DNA of 64,000 nucleotides from a virus. The notes beneath the pieces were generated by a model that was not told the DNA's origin, did no database searches, and saw nothing but the letters and a program-made list of their open reading frames with translations. A program made the translations under genes and the position numbers. The stretch spans positions 8,771 to 72,770 of the IMG/VR virus record IMGVR_UViG_3300022666_000049; one strand, 5' to 3'. Of this stretch, positions 58,765 to 64,000 are shown one piece after another. Position 1 is the stretch's first letter; the number at the start of each line of letters is the position of its first letter.

Positions 58765-59691
58765 ATGGAAGAATTCAAGAGGACAGTATTAACTGCGGCA
58801 AATCTGATTGGTATGCTGGATGAGTATCTCTTTCGGGGGGAAGGGTACATCAAGGCCAGCATCAAGAGAGCGGTAAAGGAAGTGAAGCTGCGTGGTCACA
58901 AGGTATTGGGCGTGTACATAGCTGGTGGAGCAGTAGCTAATGTACTCATTCGTAAGTGCAAATCCCACAACACCATGCCCATCAATGACATCGATGTATA
59001 TGTATTCATTGACGGAGAGAAGTATCGGAAGAACAGGGCATCCTCAGTGCTTAGGACTCACTCGTTTGGCAAGTTTGAGTCTGTTGTTGAAGGTGAAGAT
59101 GAGTATGGTATGAATATCCGCCATCACATCTTTAAGGACAAGATGTATAGGGTAGAGAAGTCTTACTCGTATAACAAGATCTTCAATATTATCCTTTGTT
59201 CTACATGGGAGAATCATATCCCTACAGCAGAGGAGCTGGCTAAAGATTTTGACATTAATGTATGCCAAGCAGCCATTGATCTCAGAACAAAAGAAGTGTT
59301 TGTCCATAACGATATCCTGATGGCAATGCAGCATTTCTTTGTCAAGGTCAATATACTGAGATGGCACTCTCCGGTACAATCTCTCCTTAGGGCTGCAAAG
59401 AAAGAGCTGCAGTTGTATGGCAGAACTCACTATGCTCGGGCCAATGCGCTTGAGACATTCGCTCAGTGGCTGTTGTATGAAGAGACTTCTCCTCAGGTAT
59501 TTGGGAAGAAGTTTGTAGAGCTGTACTATGAGATCCCTGAGCTCCACAAGTACTTCAGGGTTGAGAGGTGCGAGGAGACTCGCGCATTTAAGGCAGTTTG
59601 GGATGAGGGCTTTGCAGGATTCCAGACTCACCAGATGGCAATCAAATACTTGAGGGGAGAGAAAAGAAGGGAGGTAGCACATGAGTTTTAG
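58765..59691 (+). CDS. Nucleotidyltransferase (CCA/poly(A)-polymerase head-like, 308 aa)
   Basis: VYIAGGAVAN, NDIDVYV, DFDINVCQAA motifs of pol-beta-superfamily NTases. Confidence 0.7.
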   Translation: MEEFKRTVLTAANLIGMLDEYLFRGEGYIKASIKRAVKEVKLRGHKVLGVYIAGGAVANVLIRKCKSHNTMPINDIDVYVFIDGEKYRKNRASSVLRTHSFGKFESVVEGEDEYGMNIRHHIFKDKMYRVEKSYSYNKIFNIILCSTWENHIPTAEELAKDFDINVCQAAIDLRTKEVFVHNDILMAMQHFFVKVNILRWHSPVQSLLRAAKKELQLYGRTHYARANALETFAQWLLYEETSPQVFGKKFVELYYEIPELHKYFRVERCEETRAFKAVWDEGFAGFQTHQMAIKYLRGEKRREVAHEF

Positions 59692-59961
59692 CATCGAGGA
59701 GCTCTCTGCAATGGGAAGTATTGGGTTGGGGCAGTTATTGGTATAGATGAATATACCATAACCTTATTGTTTGAACCTGTCATACCGCCTGAAGGTGAGG
59801 GGTACGACCCTATCCGCTGCAATCCTAAAACGATGGTTGTCAACAGACATCTCTTGCCAGCTTTTAAAGCAATGGGGTGGAGAGACGAACTGGTCGTAGA
59901 AGTAGAGGATAAGGGTGAGGTCGACACGGGCTATTGCCCGGAAGATGATATCCCGTTTTAG
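59681..59961 (+). pseudogene. Apparently frameshifted early gene (~92 aa if repaired)
   Basis: ATG at 59681 with SD GGAGGT stops after 21 codons; removing one CT from GCTCTCTGC (59701-59709) gives MSFSIEELCNGKYWVGAVIG...EDDIPF* ending at 59961. Confidence 0.5.
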
Positions 59962-60121
59962 TATTCTCTTCGGCATCACAAGACTCTACATCTTGTGGTG
60001 CTCATAGGGTGTACTAACCAACAAGCCTATATCTAATAGTGTAATGCTCCTAAACAGAGTTGCTATTAGATCAATTGGCATCTATTAACCTCAACCAAAT
60101 AAATAGGAAAAGGAGTCTATC

Positions 60122-60568
60122 ATGACAACGAACAACAGCATCAACATGGTACAGTATCTGGAAGAGAGGATCAAAGCTGCAAGGGCTGCAGTAGTTGCAG
60201 CAGAAGCAAAAGTACGTGAAGAGGAGGCCAAACGCAAAAAGATCGATGAGCTGCACCAGGCCATCGATGAGAAACAGGTCGAGATGAAAGAGGTGGCAAT
60301 GAGGAAGAATACCCTCATCGCAGCAGTCAACGAACTCAAAGAAGCAGCAAAACACGTCAAAGGATTTGAGAAAGAGATCTCCGAGTTCAACAAGGACATC
60401 CTCTCTGCAACTGCTCTCATCTCTGCACTGAACAACGACATCAGGATGATCGAGAATGAAATCCACAAGGTAGCTTTCCCTGCATCAAACAAGGTCGACA
60501 ACGTGGTACTATCAAGAACGAAAGAGAAGGCCGGCTTCTGCAACAGAGCCAGGATCGTCAACAGCTAG
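60122..60568 (+). CDS. Coiled-coil early protein (148 aa)
   Basis: SD AAGGAG; heptad-rich, E/K/A-rich. Confidence 0.65.
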   Translation: MTTNNSINMVQYLEERIKAARAAVVAAEAKVREEEAKRKKIDELHQAIDEKQVEMKEVAMRKNTLIAAVNELKEAAKHVKGFEKEISEFNKDILSATALISALNNDIRMIENEIHKVAFPASNKVDNVVLSRTKEKAGFCNRARIVNS

Positions 60569-60576
60569 GAGGTTAC

Positions 60577-60666
60577 ATGGAACGAGTAGAGTATCAGGAT
60601 CCCTGCATGGGATGCGAACGTAGTACATGTTTTGGATGCGAATACCAACACAAGGAGGATAACTAA
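60577..60666 (+). CDS. Cys-rich micro-protein (29 aa)
   Basis: SD AGGAGGT; MERVEYQDPCMGCERSTCFGCEYQHKEDN*; TAATG coupling to the next gene. Confidence 0.55.
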   Translation: MERVEYQDPCMGCERSTCFGCEYQHKEDN

Positions 60667-60875
60667 TGGCTAGGACAATTGAGATGGTAAGAACAAAGAA
60701 AGGAGTGTGGGTTATGAAAGATAAGAAACCTGCATTGCTGGACCGTATTACTTTAAAGATCATTGAGAAGATGTTTAACTTTCCCAAGTTTGCAGTATTT
60801 TGCTGCATCCTCACTTATGATGAGATTATGTCCGACCAGTACCTCATCAACGAACTCTTGAGCTTGATAAACTAG
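60666..60875 (+). CDS. Hypothetical early protein (69 aa)
   Basis: SD AAGGAGG. Confidence 0.55.
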   Translation: MARTIEMVRTKKGVWVMKDKKPALLDRITLKIIEKMFNFPKFAVFCCILTYDEIMSDQYLINELLSLIN

Positions 60876-60889
60876 AAAGGAGAACAACA

Positions 60890-61237
60890 ATGATAACAAT
60901 CATCGGCACTGTAGTTAAAAGTACAATAACCCAAGAGAAAAAGCCTCACCACCCTCACAAACGTAGGCGCACTTTCATCTCAATCTTTCTTGATAACGGG
61001 AACGTAGAATTGCCTATTCAGTGCTCGGCTATCAAAGGAACGAAGCTTTATGCGACATGTGCAACATTAAACACGGGAGATATAGTTACTATACAGGCTA
61101 AAGCTATGTCTGGATATGCATTTATGCAAAGGAATATACATTTCGATGATATAGAAGAGAAGCCTAGGGTAATAGTAACTGTAACACCTGGGTGGAAAAT
61201 TATAGACATTAAAAGGAGGAACAAACATGAAAGATAG
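60890..61237 (+). CDS. Possible OB-fold (SSB-like) protein (115 aa)
   Basis: MITIIGTV...FISIFLD...IQCSA...LNTGDIVTIQAK pattern resembles SSB beta strands. Confidence 0.45.
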   Translation: MITIIGTVVKSTITQEKKPHHPHKRRRTFISIFLDNGNVELPIQCSAIKGTKLYATCATLNTGDIVTIQAKAMSGYAFMQRNIHFDDIEEKPRVIVTVTPGWKIIDIKRRNKHER

Positions 61238-61445
61238 AATAAAGCAGGAGTTGAATTTTAACTACAAGACGTATAAAGCTATAGAAGGAGAAGGTATATT
61301 CATATTCCTTGTACAGTTTTGTGTATGCAACTTCTGTACTATCAAGGAGGTGATTAGTCCAACTGAATGGATCATAGAGATAGAGAGGATTGATTACCGG
61401 GTGTGGTATGACGAAGAGTTCAATATTATAGAGAAGGAGGTATAG
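61227..61445 (+). CDS. Hypothetical early protein (72 aa)
   Basis: SD AAGGAGG. Confidence 0.5.
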   Translation: MKDRIKQELNFNYKTYKAIEGEGIFIFLVQFCVCNFCTIKEVISPTEWIIEIERIDYRVWYDEEFNIIEKEV

Positions 61446-61447
61446 CA

Positions 61448-61621
61448 ATGGGAAAACTTATAGCTGGAGTTGTCCTCATGATAGGCGGTGCAATTGTGAG
61501 TGAGATTATGGTATATCCTATATCTTTTATAGGAACTATAGTCATTTTGGCAGGAGCAGCTCTGTTCGGTGCTGCTATAATGAAAGAAAAAGGAGGAAAG
61601 AAAGATGAGGAAAGACGTTAG
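61448..61621 (+). CDS. Small two-TM membrane protein (57 aa)
   Basis: SD AAGGAGGT; MGKLIAGVVLMIGGAIV...IGTIVILAGAALFGAAIM; basic/acidic tail. Confidence 0.6.
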   Translation: MGKLIAGVVLMIGGAIVSEIMVYPISFIGTIVILAGAALFGAAIMKEKGGKKDEERR

Positions 61622-62039
61622 TATAAGACTACAGAATGGGGATACTCATCATCTCTTTGGCTTCTCTAAGTTTAGCATTGATAACAATAATACAATCATA
61701 GAAGTAGATGGGACTACACAAACTTTTCCGTCTACATCTATCGATCAAATATTTATTGTTGTGAGGGAAAAAGTAATGTCAGTTAAATTTGATGTTACTT
61801 ATGGGGTTGTAACTATTACATATCCCAACAAGATGATTGTAACAGTGAGAGAGTGCGCAGTTACTAATTACGTTGGAGTAGATGTATATTTCGAAGGTAA
61901 GAATATCAACAGAGAGGTATATAAAAGAATGTACGGATATCAGGCAGAACTGCCATTTGGTTTTGCCAATGTAGACGCAGAGAAACTTACTGGTATTTTG
62001 AATTTCGTAAGCAACCAAACCACAGGAAAGGAGAAATAA
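61605..62039 (+). CDS. Hypothetical early protein (144 aa)
   Basis: SD AGGAGG. Confidence 0.6.
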   Translation: MRKDVSIRLQNGDTHHLFGFSKFSIDNNNTIIEVDGTTQTFPSTSIDQIFIVVREKVMSVKFDVTYGVVTITYPNKMIVTVRECAVTNYVGVDVYFEGKNINREVYKRMYGYQAELPFGFANVDAEKLTGILNFVSNQTTGKEK

Positions 62040-62040
62040 A

Positions 62041-64000
62041 ATGACCGTTAAAGAATTGTATGCAAGAGCGAAAGAGCTGAGAGTAATCAGGTATTCCAAG
62101 ATGAATAAGAAGGAGCTTGAGTCTGCCATAGCTAAGGCTGAGGCTGATATCAAGCTTAAAGAGATGATTGTACAGCAGGAAGGGGCTGGTAAAGAACTCT
62201 CAGATAAAGAGTTTGATGAAATTATCAGCCACATTGACAAGAGGAAGGAGGAGGAGTTCAAAGAGTATACCGAAGGAAAAGCCCATCATGGAGATGGCAA
62301 AAAGAAAGGAGAGGATATGAGCAAGTTCACATTTATCAAAGGAAAAAGGGTTGTTGCCAGTGATACTGAGATGTATCCTGGTAAACACGCCATCCTCCAG
62401 CAGAAAGAGGATGGAAGCCATGTGGTTGTTTTCAGAGAGGGAGATGTTCCTATACTTATGCAGGCAACCGTGAGGAAGGCAGCATTGGAGTCTGGGAAAT
62501 TTACACCCATCAGGATCCAGTACTCTGATGTTGATCTCAGGATCACCGCCATGAATCTCACTATTGACCGTCTCCACAAGGAGGGGATCGAGAAGTACGG
62601 GAAGCCTCTGTACCCTGTATTCTGGCACACTGATACCAGCAATGCTAAGGGGCTGGTAGGATTCAAGGAGGATTTCGACGAGTTGTTTGGTGTCGATATA
62701 TTTGCAGGTAAAGATCCGGTCAGGTTGATCGAATACGACACTCCTGTCTCTGTACAGATAACCAATAGCACCAAGGAGTATCTCAACTTCTTGGTCCTTG
62801 ATGTAGTAGGTCCTAATGGCGAGGCATATTGGGATGGACAAACCTGGATGAATGTTGTATTCAAATATGAATCGTATCTGTCTGAAAAGGACAAGGAGAA
62901 AGGTAAAAAGACTTACCATATCCATGAGGATACCGTACAGCTGAGGGCATTTATCCCCGCATTCCTGAAGGGACAAGGGGCAATGGCTCCTCAGTTTGTT
63001 CATGATGCTTGCCTGTCTTATGGCATCAAGAACTATGAGGACTACGATGGTGTTATCTCTTTTGACACCATGAAAACCAATCCTCTTGGGCTCAAGCATG
63101 GGGACAGCTTTAAGATCAAGGCAACAGATCTTAAGATTGTCAATATGCTTACCGAAAACCCTGTATCTTCTACTGGTGTACAGATGGTCACTCATAAACC
63201 TTCTGCCGTACTTAATTTCTGCGAAGAGCTGAACATTGCAGAAAATGGTAGGGTATTCCGTGGAATCATTGATGGAGACATTGAGGAGGCATATAAAATG
63301 CTTTCTGCTCCTAAAATGAGGACGATGGAGGATGCAGATATTGCTCACGCAATGTTCCTTGCAATGGCAGTTCCTGATGGTACCGGTTCATACAGGGTAA
63401 TGCGTTGCACCTCTATCTATAACAAGTACATCGCCCGAGCAGTAAAGTTTTATCAGAACGATGTGCTTAAGATTGAGACTGCTGCATTGGCAGCATACGC
63501 CATAGCATGCCCTATTATCCTTCCTGATGAGAACGGGAATATGGTCGATGCACTCTCTATGTTCGAAAGACTTCACTATAAAGAAACTGGAGAGATGATT
63601 AACTATACCGTATTCCCTGATGATGATTCATTTATCAGAAAGGCAATGGCTAAAAGGTATCTCAACTCTCACAGGCATCCTGTTGTTGGTCCTGGCTCTG
63701 TTCAGAGAGATACCAATCTTCCCAAGGAGTATGTAGAAAAACTCCAGGCAATGGGATTCAAGTCTATCTACATGAAAGAGGTAGATGGAAAAGAATATGC
63801 AGTATGCCCTGTAAAGCATGGGTATATGATCTCCTATGACAAGGCACAAGCTCAGAATGGTGACTTTGATGGAGATATGCAGTATTACATTCCATCTGAT
63901 ACCGCTGACTTCGGTGTCATCCGTATGCCTGAAGCTAAACCTGAAGAGGCATCTGGTGAAAAGCTTGAGTATACTTATGAGAACTATTATAAGTTCTTGA
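62041..64000 (+). CDS. Single-subunit two-barrel RNA polymerase-like protein (YonO/QDE-1 type), partial (>=653 aa), with Rho-N-like N-terminus; absent from the ORF track
   Basis: Stop-free from ATG 62041 to the window end; VQLRAFIPAFLKGQG (62938-62973), NSHRHPVVGPGS (RHP 63673-63681), AQNGDFDGDM (63856-63876); N-terminal MTVKELYARAKELRVIRYSKMNKKELESAI. Confidence 0.8.
   Translation, partial: MTVKELYARAKELRVIRYSKMNKKELESAIAKAEADIKLKEMIVQQEGAGKELSDKEFDEIISHIDKRKEEEFKEYTEGKAHHGDGKKKGEDMSKFTFIKGKRVVASDTEMYPGKHAILQQKEDGSHVVVFREGDVPILMQATVRKAALESGKFTPIRIQYSDVDLRITAMNLTIDRLHKEGIEKYGKPLYPVFWHTDTSNAKGLVGFKEDFDELFGVDIFAGKDPVRLIEYDTPVSVQITNSTKEYLNFLVLDVVGPNGEAYWDGQTWMNVVFKYESYLSEKDKEKGKKTYHIHEDTVQLRAFIPAFLKGQGAMAPQFVHDACLSYGIKNYEDYDGVISFDTMKTNPLGLKHGDSFKIKATDLKIVNMLTENPVSSTGVQMVTHKPSAVLNFCEELNIAENGRVFRGIIDGDIEEAYKMLSAPKMRTMEDADIAHAMFLAMAVPDGTGSYRVMRCTSIYNKYIARAVKFYQNDVLKIETAALAAYAIACPIILPDENGNMVDALSMFERLHYKETGEMINYTVFPDDDSFIRKAMAKRYLNSHRHPVVGPGSVQRDTNLPKEYVEKLQAMGFKSIYMKEVDGKEYAVCPVKHGYMISYDKAQAQNGDFDGDMQYYIPSDTADFGVIRMPEAKPEEASGEKLEYTYENYYKFL

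Noticed and set aside
57330-61448. Minus-strand ORFs such as 57688-58548, 59044-59694 and 60071-60561
   Set aside because: Antisense to SD-led plus-strand genes; no independent start signals.
62200-63849. Minus-strand ORFs of 382, 202, 62 and 73 aa
   Set aside because: Antisense shadows of the plus-strand RNAP-like ORF, which has SD sites and catalytic motifs.
1-64000. Genome-wide alternative genetic code (TGA=Trp or TAG=Gln)
   Set aside because: TGA ends genes in ATGA/GTGA overlaps (8931, 27996, 51695) and TAG ends genes followed by other stops or new SD-led starts (55297, 57272, 60568); long genes are intact under code 11.
1-64000. CRISPR array, tRNA, rRNA, integrase or transposase
   Set aside because: No regularly spaced repeats, cloverleaf with T-loop consensus, or recombinase motifs seen by eye; a tRNAscan/CRISPR scan would be needed to exclude weak cases.

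Overview
Continuous segment of a large AT-rich contractile-tailed (myovirus-type) dsDNA phage or prophage. Bases 1 to ~56,300 form one leftward (minus-strand) morphogenesis and packaging block, read right to left: small regulator and TerS candidate, metallophosphoesterase, Gly/Ala-rich and ADP-ribosyltransferase-like proteins, an HNH gene broken by an in-frame TGA, terminase large subunit, portal, ferritin, prohead protease/scaffold, head decoration protein, major capsid, neck, sheath, three tube paralogues, chaperones, three giant tail-module proteins (1992, 1746 and 2483 aa), baseplate, and tail fibres running off the left edge. A near-consensus sigma70/sigmaA promoter (56427-56455) points into this block. 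From ~56,800 the genes switch to the plus strand, look more GC-rich, are mostly small, have strong SD sites and almost all end in TAG, as expected for an early region. Main discovery: two separate proteins carry the two-barrel (DPBB) RNA polymerase catalytic signature RxP...NxDxDGD. One is the 1746-aa tail-module protein (candidate virion-packaged RNAP, NADTDGD at 18245-18265). The other is an ORF missing from the supplied track, 62041 to >64000 (candidate non-virion YonO/QDE-1-like RNAP, NGDFDGD at 63856-63876, with a Rho-N-like N-terminal extension). The neighbouring giant tail proteins carry a DEDDh exonuclease, thermonuclease and lytic transglycosylase domains. All family assignments come from motif recognition by eye; no database searches were run.
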